Part shown: in pieces, positions 34,273-43,697 of the stretch | How the letters are laid out: each line of letters starts with the position of its first letter | Position numbering within the stretch: position 1 is the stretch's first letter | Source: a virus | Lineage: Duplodnaviria > Caudoviricetes | DNA length: 64,000 bases | IMG/VR virus record: IMGVR_UViG_2883843030_000002 | Location: 1 to 64,000 of that record | Strand: one strand, 5' to 3' | Position numbers and translations under genes: made by a program | Notes under the pieces: model-generated | What the model saw: only the letters and a program-made list of their open reading frames with translations | Told to the model about the DNA's origin: nothing | The model's database searches: none

Positions 34273-34710
34273 TTACATGTGCTTACGCTGAAAATGCAAT
34301 GGGAATTCTAGCTTCGAGAGAATGTGCTGATACGCCCGGACTTCTCCGAGGGCAATGGCTCTGCGTTCGCTCTGGGTGCGTCCGAGGTCGATATCTCCGT
34401 TTTTAAAGCTCTCGGTGGATCTCGCATCCCAGATCTGCCTGTCTTTCTCGCTCTTATGGAGCATTTGTTTGATATAATCAAGCAAAGGGGCGTCAGCCTC
34501 TTTGCCATTTTGGTAAAGATAGATTTTCATGGTTTCACTGCACATCCATTGGCAATTGGATAAGTTGAAGCCATACTTTTCTTCGAGCGTAATGAGAAAA
34601 TCTTCAAACGACTCATACTTTTGTGATTCTTCCACTTCTTCGGATGTGAGGTGGATGATATTAAGGATTCCTTGTGTGAAATCAAAAATGTAAACATAGT
34701 TCGTTTCCAT
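34273..34710 (-). CDS. Hypothetical protein
   Basis: ORF in operon. Confidence 0.7.
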   Translation of the reverse strand: METNYVYIFDFTQGILNIIHLTSEEVEESQKYESFEDFLITLEEKYGFNLSNCQWMCSETMKIYLYQNGKEADAPLLDYIKQMLHKSEKDRQIWDARSTESFKNGDIDLGRTQSERRAIALGEVRAYQHILSKLEFPLHFQRKHM

Positions 34711-34711
34711 A

Positions 34712-35170
34712 TTATTCGTGATTATGATCTTCTGTATTTATCAGCTCCAATGCAGATTTTATGCCTTCACTCAACGCTTGCTCATATTTTGACATTAGAA
34801 CGTTGCCTATGGGGCCGGGAGTCATAATGCCGATTTTGCTGATACGAATTATAGAATAGTTCCATCCTGTATGTCGGTAAGTTCTCTCTGTCTTTAAAAA
34901 TTCACCTTCTGGACACAAGGCTACATCATAGCCTTTCTTCTCTCTCAACCACTTCTGAGCCTGCGCCAAAGTTGGAGCTGAAGCGCCAACTTCAATGTAA
35001 CCACTTTTATTATAGTCAAAATAGGCGGTACAATCACAGTCTGCATTTTCATGCATTCCCTCTTCCCAAAGCTTACCATTTTTATCATATACATGATTTA
35101 CTTCTAAATCAAACCCCGCCTTCTTCAGCGCAAGGGCGAGGGGGTAGGAAACGTAGTCTTCGGTGTTCAT
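34712..35170 (-). CDS. Conserved Bacteroidota phage protein (EDYVS..LKKAGF / APTL.QAQKWLRE)
   Basis: Recurrent phage motif. Confidence 0.75.
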   Translation of the reverse strand: MNTEDYVSYPLALALKKAGFDLEVNHVYDKNGKLWEEGMHENADCDCTAYFDYNKSGYIEVGASAPTLAQAQKWLREKKGYDVALCPEGEFLKTERTYRHTGWNYSIIRISKIGIMTPGPIGNVLMSKYEQALSEGIKSALELINTEDHNHE

Positions 35171-35451
35171 AGCCATTCAACTTTATTATCGGTGATGTAA
35201 TAATGCGACTTGCAGGGGAGATTGAAACTGCCGACAGAGGGGCGCATGGTAACGCCTGACAGCCTTTCGGTCAGCGTCCAAAACATTCCATCACGGCGAC
35301 CATATGGCAATACTACTACATTGCCACACCCGCAGGCGCAAAGATGCGCAGTGGTAAGATATACTCGGCTGATATACAGCACACCCTCTTTCATTTCTGA
35401 TTTTGAGGGCATAGTGCCGACATATTCGGGCTTTAATTTATTTATTCTCAT
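35167..35451 (-). CDS. DUF6527-like zinc-binding protein
   Basis: HLCACGCG..W..T.RPSV..CKSHYYI. Confidence 0.75.
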   Translation of the reverse strand: MRINKLKPEYVGTMPSKSEMKEGVLYISRVYLTTAHLCACGCGNVVVLPYGRRDGMFWTLTERLSGVTMRPSVGSFNLPCKSHYYITDNKVEWL

Positions 35452-35626
35452 TATCTTTCTTCTTTTTGGGTTCGTAGTCGGGGCAGATACCTAGGCAGGG
35501 TTCACATATAAAATCGGGAGTAGCCCTGCGCGGACGATAGACAGCCTTGATTGCTATTGCGCATCTTCCTCTGCGCCAATGCACACACTGCTTTGGTTTC
35601 TGCGGTCGGTCAGTCGGGTTTTTCAT
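35438..35626 (-). CDS. Small Cys-rich hypothetical protein
   Basis: Fills the gap in the operon. Confidence 0.6.
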   Translation of the reverse strand: MKNPTDRPQKPKQCVHWRRGRCAIAIKAVYRPRRATPDFICEPCLGICPDYEPKKKKDNENK

Positions 35627-35629
35627 ATC

Positions 35630-35938
35630 TTAACTTTTTTCTGTAAATTCATCATAAAGCCAAATCTCGACATCGCCATTGCGATAATCGAATGACCGTA
35701 TCACGCCTGCAAGCAGTGCCTTATCCCCGGCATCGAAATTATACAGTTTCTGCGGCAGCGTGTATTCGCCTTTTTGTATGGGACAATACGGAGAACCGTC
35801 TGTCGAACCATAGGAAAAGCCATGTTCGTGAAGCCATCCCTGCGCGTCCCACATCGCTCTGAATGTTTCGTCACAGCCGTTGAATACCTTTTTGAACTTA
35901 GGCACTTGTGGACGGTACTGTTTATTTCGTTTCCTCAT
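35630..35938 (-). CDS. Hypothetical protein
   Basis: ATGA overlap. Confidence 0.7.
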   Translation of the reverse strand: MRKRNKQYRPQVPKFKKVFNGCDETFRAMWDAQGWLHEHGFSYGSTDGSPYCPIQKGEYTLPQKLYNFDAGDKALLAGVIRSFDYRNGDVEIWLYDEFTEKS

Positions 35939-36210
35939 TCCACACCTCCTTCCTTATGGCACGGGCAGTACCATTCAGGCTTCGGGAATCTGCTTGAAAA
36001 GGTTATTTCCTTAACGTCTTCCACAAAGTCGAAATCCTCCACCTCCGGCCATAGGCTTCTTATCTCATCTTCGCTTTCGGCATAAGCTATGAGAATAAAA
36101 CTATCGGCATTTTCGCCAGAACACCAGTATGGGTATCTAATAGGCCATACGACCGGGCGATAATCATAGCCGCAAGCCTCTTTATCTAAATAGAATCTAA
36201 AACGTTTCAT
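35935..36210 (-). CDS. Hypothetical protein
   Basis: Start at MKRFRF. Confidence 0.7.
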   Translation of the reverse strand: MKRFRFYLDKEACGYDYRPVVWPIRYPYWCSGENADSFILIAYAESEDEIRSLWPEVEDFDFVEDVKEITFSSRFPKPEWYCPCHKEGGVE

Positions 36211-36211
36211 A

Positions 36212-36430
36212 TTATTGGTTATTTGATTGTTTGTTATGGCAGGGGCAGTCGGGGTCGTGGGTGATGCCTGTTGAGCCGTTGGCATGAACCAGCACATAGC
36301 TGTGACCGCGATAATCAGCCTTACTGATATAATCTTGATTGTTGCTGATTGCGTAGTAGATGTTTAATCCTGCACCGACAAACCCGGCTATGATAATGAC
36401 GGCTGCGAGGATGGTTGTAAGGTGTTTCAT
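36212..36430 (-). CDS. Small membrane-anchored protein (HDPDCPC)
   Basis: N-terminal TM helix. Confidence 0.7.
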   Translation of the reverse strand: MKHLTTILAAVIIIAGFVGAGLNIYYAISNNQDYISKADYRGHSYVLVHANGSTGITHDPDCPCHNKQSNNQ

Positions 36431-37029
36431 TTTATCAATTCAAATTCGTAAACAAATACATAGGGGTTGCTCTCAAATGTTCCTTTGCCGGATATGCGGT
36501 CTATCAAGGCGGCGTAGGCTTCGCGGGGAGTTCTCGGCATATCTCTCCATTCAAACATTTCAAAACCGTCTGCCATGTCATATTTGAATAGTTCTCTATC
36601 TTTAGTCCACTTGCAGACACCCTCGGCGATACAATCCTCATCGGAAATATCCTGCAAACGCTCCACACGAACGTTGGCGATGCGGATTTGGTGGGGCATG
36701 AGGTCGGCTCGGACAAATAGCTTATTAAACCACCCCATGTCAGCAGGAATGGATATAGGGTTGAGGATAAAGTCTCTATATCTTTGCGCCACGGCTACGA
36801 CCTCGCCAACTCTGTAGGGCAGCTTGCCAATCTCCTCTACAAAGAAGTAATGTTGTAAAACATCTTTATCGTTTGCAAATACATCAAATGTTTCGTTGAA
36901 GTACGCTATCGCAAACTCACATGCCTTATCTAAGTCTTTTTGAGGAACTATCCGCCTCGTCTGCGTCTTCCGACCGCTCAACACGGCTTCGGTGAGTCCG
37001 AATTTATCTGAGAACATTATCTTTTTCAT
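36427..37029 (-). CDS. ASCH/PUA-like phage protein
   Basis: AVLSGRKTQTRR..VRVERLQDIS..EG..NPYVFVYEF. Confidence 0.75.
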   Translation of the reverse strand: MKKIMFSDKFGLTEAVLSGRKTQTRRIVPQKDLDKACEFAIAYFNETFDVFANDKDVLQHYFFVEEIGKLPYRVGEVVAVAQRYRDFILNPISIPADMGWFNKLFVRADLMPHQIRIANVRVERLQDISDEDCIAEGVCKWTKDRELFKYDMADGFEMFEWRDMPRTPREAYAALIDRISGKGTFESNPYVFVYEFELIK

Positions 37030-37044
37030 TGCTTCTTCTTCGGT

Positions 37045-37323
37045 TTAATGTTTTGGATCTTTCCCGCAGGTTGCGCACATATACCCGTCAGGATTAAGCT
37101 CTCCGCAATGCATACATTCCACTTTATTTAGCGCCCAATTAGAGAAATAGCGTCTGTATTTGCACAACTGCTCATATTCTTCACGGTCAATGGTCACTTC
37201 CTTCGCTTTCTCCACCTTGAAGTCAAGCTCGTAGGGGTGATAATGAGCGTTATCGCTGCTGTAGCCGAATATGCCAGGCGTAACCTCAATCACCTTGCCG
37301 TCTGATTTTCTTATTGCTTTCAT
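37045..37323 (-). CDS. Hypothetical protein with a C-terminal zinc ribbon
   Basis: CMHCG..CATCG. Confidence 0.7.
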   Translation of the reverse strand: MKAIRKSDGKVIEVTPGIFGYSSDNAHYHPYELDFKVEKAKEVTIDREEYEQLCKYRRYFSNWALNKVECMHCGELNPDGYMCATCGKDPKH

Positions 37324-37706
37324 ATCTCTCTTATTTTACCATATTTGTGTTGCTCAAAATAAGGGCATTTCTCTTTGGGAGTCGGCATAGCTTCCCATTC
37401 TTCTTCTGTGAGTGCAATGTATGTGTCCTCGCTCACATGAATGTTTGCGAACAGTCTGCAATCCTTATCGGGGTGTGTGCATTTATTGGGATAGAATTGC
37501 TTTGTATAGCATTGTTCTCCAAAATAGGAATCAACCCATATTTTCACCTCCTCTCTATCGTCTGCGTTTTGATAAAATTTGCAGTCATAGCACAGCGGAC
37601 GTACAAGTGGATTCTTAGTGCATTGAGGCTCATGCTTGCGGCAGTTGTAGTCACGCATGAACAGTTTGCCGCAGTGCTGACATCTGTATGCTGTCACTTG
37701 TTTCAT
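37320..37706 (-). CDS. Zinc-finger protein
   Basis: YRCQHCGKLF..CRKHE..C. Confidence 0.75.
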   Translation of the reverse strand: MKQVTAYRCQHCGKLFMRDYNCRKHEPQCTKNPLVRPLCYDCKFYQNADDREEVKIWVDSYFGEQCYTKQFYPNKCTHPDKDCRLFANIHVSEDTYIALTEEEWEAMPTPKEKCPYFEQHKYGKIREI

Positions 37707-37765
37707 ACTCCTGTCATTTATCGGTTTCGTTAATGGTGTCAGGATCTCCTTTTAGAAGTCGTGAA

Positions 37766-37921
37766 TTAGTCTAACGTAAACTCATCTTCGTAGACCCAAA
37801 TATGCTTGCCGGAGCCACAGATTTCTACTTCCCACTTATACATCGTGGGCCAATACTCAATTAGCACTATATTTCGGTAGCCGAGGTACGGAACCTTGAG
37901 GGTTGCTGATTTTCCTTCCAT
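37766..37921 (-). CDS. Small hypothetical protein (51 aa; below the ORF-track cutoff)
   Basis: MEGKSATLKVPYLGYRNIVLIEYWPTMYKWEVEICGSGKHIWVYEDEFTLD; starts 3 nt after the upstream stop. Confidence 0.6.
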   Translation of the reverse strand: MEGKSATLKVPYLGYRNIVLIEYWPTMYKWEVEICGSGKHIWVYEDEFTLD

Positions 37922-37924
37922 ATA

Positions 37925-38128
37925 TTAGTTCTGGTTTGTGGTGTCTGCTGTCTGTTCCGATGATTGTGCCGTCAGCTCATCGGGCTTGAATGACGTTATG
38001 ATGTCGATAATATTGTGAATCCTCGCCAACTCAGGAATATCTACGCGAGGACTGTCAGCTAACTCGGAGCAGATTTTGAACACTGGTACAGCTAGCGATT
38101 CGTACTGCTCAACTGTTAATTTCTTCAT
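37925..38128 (-). CDS. Hypothetical protein
   Basis: ATGA overlap. Confidence 0.65.
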   Translation of the reverse strand: MKKLTVEQYESLAVPVFKICSELADSPRVDIPELARIHNIIDIITSFKPDELTAQSSEQTADTTNQN

Positions 38129-38394
38129 TCGTTGATAATGTCTATGAATGGTTTGTAATATTCTATTCCTTCGATGAGCACGACCTTTCCGGCCGGGGCT
38201 CGTTCGTCGCAGCCGTGGAAGAATCCAGCGAGGAATCCTTTCTGCTCTTCTTCGCTGTCGAAATCCATTGATTCTACTGATAGGTAGCTCTCTTCTGCAA
38301 TATAATTGCGAAATCCGTCCACATCATTATCGTTGATAAGTTCTTCGGCTCTGCTGTCTTTGATAATGTAGATTGTATTCTTTCCCATAGTCAA
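38125..38394 (-). CDS. Hypothetical protein
   Basis: ORF in operon. Confidence 0.7.
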   Translation of the reverse strand: MTMGKNTIYIIKDSRAEELINDNDVDGFRNYIAEESYLSVESMDFDSEEEQKGFLAGFFHGCDERAPAGKVVLIEGIEYYKPFIDIINE

Positions 38395-38864
38395 TAGTGG
38401 GGGTCTATGTAATGGTCCTGGTAGTGTAACAGAAGTCTTATCCCGTCTTTAGAATGCTGTCCTTCGAGAATCCACTTGCCGTTGGTTCGTTTCGTGAATA
38501 TATGCTCTCCGCCCTCTAATTCGGGGAGTATTTCATAGTCGCCGGCATAGTATTCTATACATCTAACCTGGTTATATCTGACAGCAACTTTTTTAGGACT
38601 GATGACTTCAACTACAGTTGCAGCTCTACGGTCTGAGTGGAAGTACATGGTACAGGGAAGCCCAACGCGTGGAATAAGAGCTGATATAGCTTCGTTTTCC
38701 CTGCGGGTTTTGTTCTCTCGCCATACTGTATAACGATGTCCGATTTCAGCTCTCACTTCGGGATCATCATGGAAAGCTTTCCATTCCGCATTATCGCGGT
38801 CGTGAAATGGATATTCCTCTGCCTTTATTGCTTCGTAACGAGCAAAGCTTTCCTCGCTGGTCAT
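38391..38864 (-). CDS. Hypothetical protein
   Basis: ATGA overlap. Confidence 0.75.
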   Translation of the reverse strand: MTSEESFARYEAIKAEEYPFHDRDNAEWKAFHDDPEVRAEIGHRYTVWRENKTRRENEAISALIPRVGLPCTMYFHSDRRAATVVEVISPKKVAVRYNQVRCIEYYAGDYEILPELEGGEHIFTKRTNGKWILEGQHSKDGIRLLLHYQDHYIDPHY

Positions 38865-39118
38865 ATATTGTCTTCTACGAATTTGATAATCTCTGCCTCA
38901 GGCTTTTCTGCAACATCATCCGGTATGTAGAAGAATATCGACTCGTCAATATGTTCAGCCTCGGTATCTCGCCAATCCCAATCTGGCAAAAGCTCGGACT
39001 GCAGAGATTCAACGCTGATATTTACATTCTCCTTTTCTCCCTCGACTATTATGTCAAGGGAGAATACCGGGTACTTCTTTCCTCGGTATCCTATTGTATT
39101 TGTCGGTTCCATAATCAC
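38861..39118 (-). CDS. Hypothetical acidic protein
   Basis: ORF in operon. Confidence 0.7.
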   Translation of the reverse strand: MIMEPTNTIGYRGKKYPVFSLDIIVEGEKENVNISVESLQSELLPDWDWRDTEAEHIDESIFFYIPDDVAEKPEAEIIKFVEDNI

Positions 39119-39324
39119 ATTCTATAATACATTAAGCGGAAGTCGGATGCAGTCTCAGAGCAGAAGTCCGGTACGGTATCAAGGTCTTTTCCGTAATTAG
39201 AGCCTTCTTGATAGTAGAACTCTGCGTATTCTTTTTCCCATGGATCGAGTTTGTATCCAACTGCATTCTCGATTGCCTTGAAATTAACCTTTCCACTTTC
39301 GGGATTATAATATTTATTTGCCAT
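39115..39324 (-). CDS. Hypothetical protein
   Basis: ORF in operon. Confidence 0.65.
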   Translation of the reverse strand: MANKYYNPESGKVNFKAIENAVGYKLDPWEKEYAEFYYQEGSNYGKDLDTVPDFCSETASDFRLMYYRM

Positions 39325-39327
39325 TGC

Positions 39328-39630
39328 TCAGTTATTTTTTATGTTACATTCTGCGACCGAAAACAAGTCGGATTCAGTCTTTAGGATGGTGAATACTTTG
39401 AACACCTGGTGTTTCCAGAATTCATAATCTCTTTGGAACTCTTCAGGTTCTTCTACCCTGAATGATGTTCCGTTCTTGCGGTAGAACCATTGCGCAGTCT
39501 GTCCGACTTTCATTTTGTCTATAAGTTCAAAGTCGTCATAGATGTCGCTGAAGAATCCTTCCATTTTCGGACATGCCTCGTTCAGCATAGCCTTTTTCAA
39601 ATCTTCGGTGGTGTATTCCTGGTCAATCAT
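39328..39630 (-). CDS. Hypothetical protein
   Basis: ORF in operon. Confidence 0.7.
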   Translation of the reverse strand: MIDQEYTTEDLKKAMLNEACPKMEGFFSDIYDDFELIDKMKVGQTAQWFYRKNGTSFRVEEPEEFQRDYEFWKHQVFKVFTILKTESDLFSVAECNIKNN

Positions 39631-39958
39631 TTCCTTCGAAGTCTTTTGCGTAGTTATCTATATAATCGCCGGTCCATTTGATGTCCGAGAATTTGAGGCG
39701 GGCTATCGGGTTGAACGGTATTTCGGGATGGTCGAACTCAAAGAGATAGTCCCACCGGCCATCATCGCCTAATACGTTGCCGGTGATTCTGTGGCAGCCT
39801 GTGATGTTTTTCCCAGGCGCAAACTCGGTATCTTCTTGGAAGAATTTATTCGCTTCGTCCCAATCCTGGTCTTCGGGTACTATGAGACATAGGACTACGA
39901 CGGTGTTGCTGATATCCATATTGCGGAGGTCAGCGAATGAAATTGGGGTTGTGTTCAT
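39623..39958 (-). CDS. Hypothetical protein
   Basis: Start at MNTTPI. Confidence 0.7.
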   Translation of the reverse strand: MNTTPISFADLRNMDISNTVVVLCLIVPEDQDWDEANKFFQEDTEFAPGKNITGCHRITGNVLGDDGRWDYLFEFDHPEIPFNPIARLKFSDIKWTGDYIDNYAKDFEGND

Positions 39959-39963
39959 TGTCT

Positions 39964-40389
39964 TTATAAATTTTGAGCAAGCCACTCTAAATCGTGGTTG
40001 TTGAGAGAGTAGCCGAATTTTATTTTGCGACGGATGACTTCTTTATCGCCAATTATCTCGGCTGCTTTTTCGTAAATTTGCTTCTTAGTCGATGAGTCAG
40101 ATGAAGTGCTGGCTTGGTCAATGAGGAAATCAACCATCGTATCCTTCTGTTGTCGTAAATCCTCGACTTCATTTTCTCTTTCATCGAGCAAACCCTTTAA
40201 AATTCGGACCTCGGATCGAGCCTTGGTGGCTTCGTGGCAGTTCTCGAAAATGTTGACATCGCAGTCTATGGGGAAGTCCTTGCGGATATTCTCGCACATC
40301 GCGTCAATGGTTTCAGGCTTGAATACCTGCGCGAAATATGTATCACCTTTGAGAGACTGGAGCAGTTCGATTTCTTGTGTGGCAGTCAT
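39964..40389 (-). CDS. Hypothetical protein
   Basis: ORF in operon. Confidence 0.75.
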   Translation of the reverse strand: MTATQEIELLQSLKGDTYFAQVFKPETIDAMCENIRKDFPIDCDVNIFENCHEATKARSEVRILKGLLDERENEVEDLRQQKDTMVDFLIDQASTSSDSSTKKQIYEKAAEIIGDKEVIRRKIKFGYSLNNHDLEWLAQNL

Positions 40390-40393
40390 ATCT

Positions 40394-40738
40394 TCATCGG
40401 GCGGCTATATTCAACAATTCTTCTTCCATTTCAGAAAGGAATACCTTACGCTCTGTTTCGCTAATGAATCGGTTTACCATGTAGGTCGCTCTACTGAAGA
40501 CATCTAGCAGTTCCTTGATTACTTTATGCGAAGCCACTGCTATAACCGTTGAGGGATTAAGACCGTTTGCGGTCCATACTTTGTCGCAAGGTTTCCATCC
40601 GTGGCACTGGTGGCGAATCCCGAATCCGCCCTCTGTCGTTTTGAATATTATCACATTCTTACCTTCGAGCTCGTAGTTTGCCATGTCGAGCCAATCTTTC
40701 ATTTCTCGGTAGTAAAGTGTTACTTTCTTGAGTTTCAT
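40394..40738 (-). CDS. Hypothetical protein, first gene after promoter copy 5
   Basis: ATG is part of the 88-bp duplicated leader. Confidence 0.8.
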   Translation of the reverse strand: MKLKKVTLYYREMKDWLDMANYELEGKNVIIFKTTEGGFGIRHQCHGWKPCDKVWTANGLNPSTVIAVASHKVIKELLDVFSRATYMVNRFISETERKVFLSEMEEELLNIAAR

Positions 40739-40762
40739 TGTCGTTTCAGTTTTGATTAAAAC

Positions 40763-40842
40763 ATCTTATTTGCATATACAAAGATAGTCAAAAATAATCA
40801 TATATGCAACTATTTGGGAGATTATTTTAATCAAATTTGCAA
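40763..40842 (-). promoter_or_regulatory. Early promoter/operator cassette, copy 5
   Basis: TATCTTTG box; repeats at 40795 and 40828. Confidence 0.85.
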
Positions 40843-40869
40843 TTTTAATCGGGCGAATGATTATTAAAA

Positions 40870-40908
40870 GCGAAAGGACGAGCCGCAGTAATATGACTCG
40901 CCCTTCGC
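40870..40908 (-). terminator. Terminator upstream of cassette 5
   Basis: GCGAA..CGAG..CTCG..TTCGC imperfect stem followed by TTTT on the minus strand. Confidence 0.6.
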
Positions 40909-40910
40909 AA

Positions 40911-41174
40911 TTAAATATCAGTTTCATCGAAAGCCGGATTTAGCGGCTCTTTGGTGACAAGCAACGCTCCATTTTTAATGTCACATTGTCTACCGAAGCC
41001 ATAATAGCCCGTAAGACTTTTGTAGCCCCAATCGGATACCACGCCTTTCTCAAGTAATTTGTCGGCAAACTCCGTGAATTTATCCTCGTCTGAAAAGATG
41101 CCGACAATTCTAAGGCTATCATTTGTGAGCCAAGGATCTCCGGATTGGAGAATGATTACTTCTTTTTGGTCCAT
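40911..41174 (-). CDS. Hypothetical protein
   Basis: ORF in operon. Confidence 0.7.
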   Translation of the reverse strand: MDQKEVIILQSGDPWLTNDSLRIVGIFSDEDKFTEFADKLLEKGVVSDWGYKSLTGYYGFGRQCDIKNGALLVTKEPLNPAFDETDI

Positions 41175-41764
41175 ATCTTGAAATATTCGTACTTGCCCTT
41201 CGGAGTCATTTTATCCCATTTGGTATCAGCTTCGAGGGGAGTTTTTGCGTCCATAATTTTGAGGTGCTCCTGCATGGTATGTTCCAAATACCAGTCGTTG
41301 GCCTGTTCTTCCTTGACAGCCCACTGATATTCCTTGAAATCATTTTGGAGCTTGTCGAAGTCAATGGTGCTCAGAACCTGAGCTATCTCCTCTATTGTCG
41401 GAGCTGATATCCACTGGTAGGTGGTATAAAGCTCGCTGAACTGTGCCTCGCCGTCGAGAACGAGGGCAATAGGCATATATCGGCTTCCTATCTCGCCGAA
41501 TACTGCGAGGTGCCGGAAGTTTAGGACGCAAACTATGACATCGATTTGAACCGGGTCAATATCAGCGTGCTCCCAGGTTGTAAAGGTTGTTTCACCGACT
41601 GCGCGAATACGGAATAGACCGGTAAGAACAATCTTGTCATTACCTTCGAAGAGATTGGAGATAAAATCTTTGGCGGCCGACATTGGCGACATGGGGCCGG
41701 ACAAAGCAATCTGGTACACTTCATTGTGGTGCCACTTTGAAAGTGGAATAAGTTCTAATTTCAT
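41156..41764 (-). CDS. Hypothetical protein
   Basis: ORF in operon. Confidence 0.75.
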   Translation of the reverse strand: MKLELIPLSKWHHNEVYQIALSGPMSPMSAAKDFISNLFEGNDKIVLTGLFRIRAVGETTFTTWEHADIDPVQIDVIVCVLNFRHLAVFGEIGSRYMPIALVLDGEAQFSELYTTYQWISAPTIEEIAQVLSTIDFDKLQNDFKEYQWAVKEEQANDWYLEHTMQEHLKIMDAKTPLEADTKWDKMTPKGKYEYFKIWTKKK

Positions 41765-41818
41765 ACATGAAATATTAATGGGCGCGAGAACACTCTTACT
41801 GCTCCCGCGCCCGTGATA

Positions 41819-43663
41819 TTATTCTTCGGATTTTTCCTGCTCCTTTTCTTCAGGAGCTTCTTCAGTAGCCGGCGCCTCTGCTTCGGGATTGCCTACGGCA
41901 TCGGTTGAGTCAGATGCTCCTTCGTCGGCCGAATCAGGCTGTTCGTCGGTCTGAGGTGCGTTTGCGTCTGGCTCATCAGGAGCAGGAGCCTGTGGCGTGA
42001 TTGACGCCTGAGCTTGAATTTCTTTCTCGTTCTCCTCGCGAAGCTCGTCAATCTTAGCCTGAATACCGGCCTTTGATTGATTGTAGCGGGCGTCGAGTTG
42101 CTTGGCGATTTCGTCCGCATTGTGGGCGTAGCGGTCTTCCATGATAGCCGAAAGCATGTTAGCCAGTTCGGGCGAGAAGTTCACACTCTTCTCAGAGAGA
42201 ATCGAACGTATGAACTCGCGAACAATGGAGTTGAAGTTCTTTTCGAGTGCCTTACCGATGGACCGATAATCTCCGCCCTGCGTTTCGTCGCAACCTATAG
42301 ACTCTTTGAATGCAACGGGGAGTCGCTTGAGGATGAGGGCACGGAACACGTCTGTTTCTACCGATGAAAGATCGGTGTTGAGGGTGGAATACTCGCAGGA
42401 CTCCATAAACGCTCTCTGACGCTCTACGAAATCCTCCTGGCGGTGGTCGTTGGCCTCGCGCAGTTTGACCTTGAGTTCAGAGATTCTACGATTGTTGTCT
42501 GCGAGCTTGTTGCCGGCAAACGGCTCTTCATCGCTATCAGGTGTGTAGTAGACATACTTTGTCTCGCCACTGAGATGACCGCTGTAGCAGATTTCGTATA
42601 TCGGGGTGACCGTGCCGTCCTTGATGTTATCATCGAACACAGCGCGGACCTTGTCGTAGTTGGCCTTTCGTGTGGCATAGGTCTCTTCGTCCTTATACTG
42701 GGCGCGGTCTGGAGCAACGGGCTCAGGAACATATTGGCGATTACCGAGACCAGACACATCAAGCCCGTACTCTTCGGCCGCCTGAAGAATAATCTCGTTC
42801 TCAGCGTACTCGCCGGCAAAGATGAGCTTGATTCCGTTCTTGGCTGCTTCCTTTGCCTCGCGGAAGATGGTCTCTCGCGCTTTAGCGAGGAAACATTCGC
42901 GCTTCATACAGCGTGGGGTGCTGACATCGCGGGCGTTGTCTGGATTGTTGGCGGTGTTGAGCGGACATTTCTCGCAGGCACACGCACCGGCCAGAGTGTC
43001 GTCGGAGAGGCTGAAACGCGCGGTCGGCAGTTGGTTCATAACATGTTCGTCAATCATTTCGTGCAGTTGAGGCATGTTGGGGAACTTGTAGGTCCATCGG
43101 GCTCTGCTTGCTTCGGTAAAGCAGGAGTCGAAAAGGGTCTGCTGTTGCTCGGCTGGGAGCTTGCAGATATCGAGAAGATGAGTCAGCACGAGAATACCCT
43201 CACGCATAAGTTGGACGAACGGCTCGATTGTGTGATGGAGCTGGATGCGACCAGACACGAAGCTGTTACTCTTACCGAGCATTTTTGCCATTTCTGCGAC
43301 GGTCATTGATCCGTCATTGTAGAGGCGATTGAGGGCGGCGGCTTCTTCCATCGGGTCGATATCCTTGCGTTGAAGATTCTCGATTATCATACAAGCGAAA
43401 GCCTGCTTGTCGTTGAGTTCCTTTACGACAGCCTGGATATCTTTCGCACCGATGAGTTGACTTGCGCGGAAGCGACGCTCTCCACACACGATTTCATACT
43501 TGGCATCTTTCTTGTTGCCGATTTTGCGGAGAGTGATAGGCTGGATAAGCCCATTCTCCTTGATACTTTGGGCGAGCTCTTCAAGCTCTTCCTGGTTGAA
43601 TGTCTTTCTGGGATTAAGTTCACTAGGTACAATCTCGGAAAGGGGGATGTTTCTTACTTGCAT
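41819..43663 (-). CDS. ParB/Spo0J-family protein with long C-terminal extension
   Basis: NPRKTF..LAQSIKENGLIQPI..IVCGERRFRA..ENLQRKDIDPMEEA, then HTH. Confidence 0.9.
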   Translation of the reverse strand: MQVRNIPLSEIVPSELNPRKTFNQEELEELAQSIKENGLIQPITLRKIGNKKDAKYEIVCGERRFRASQLIGAKDIQAVVKELNDKQAFACMIIENLQRKDIDPMEEAAALNRLYNDGSMTVAEMAKMLGKSNSFVSGRIQLHHTIEPFVQLMREGILVLTHLLDICKLPAEQQQTLFDSCFTEASRARWTYKFPNMPQLHEMIDEHVMNQLPTARFSLSDDTLAGACACEKCPLNTANNPDNARDVSTPRCMKRECFLAKARETIFREAKEAAKNGIKLIFAGEYAENEIILQAAEEYGLDVSGLGNRQYVPEPVAPDRAQYKDEETYATRKANYDKVRAVFDDNIKDGTVTPIYEICYSGHLSGETKYVYYTPDSDEEPFAGNKLADNNRRISELKVKLREANDHRQEDFVERQRAFMESCEYSTLNTDLSSVETDVFRALILKRLPVAFKESIGCDETQGGDYRSIGKALEKNFNSIVREFIRSILSEKSVNFSPELANMLSAIMEDRYAHNADEIAKQLDARYNQSKAGIQAKIDELREENEKEIQAQASITPQAPAPDEPDANAPQTDEQPDSADEGASDSTDAVGNPEAEAPATEEAPEEKEQEKSEE

Positions 43664-43697
43664 TTCTATTGATATTTAATTGTGAGTTTGTTGGGAT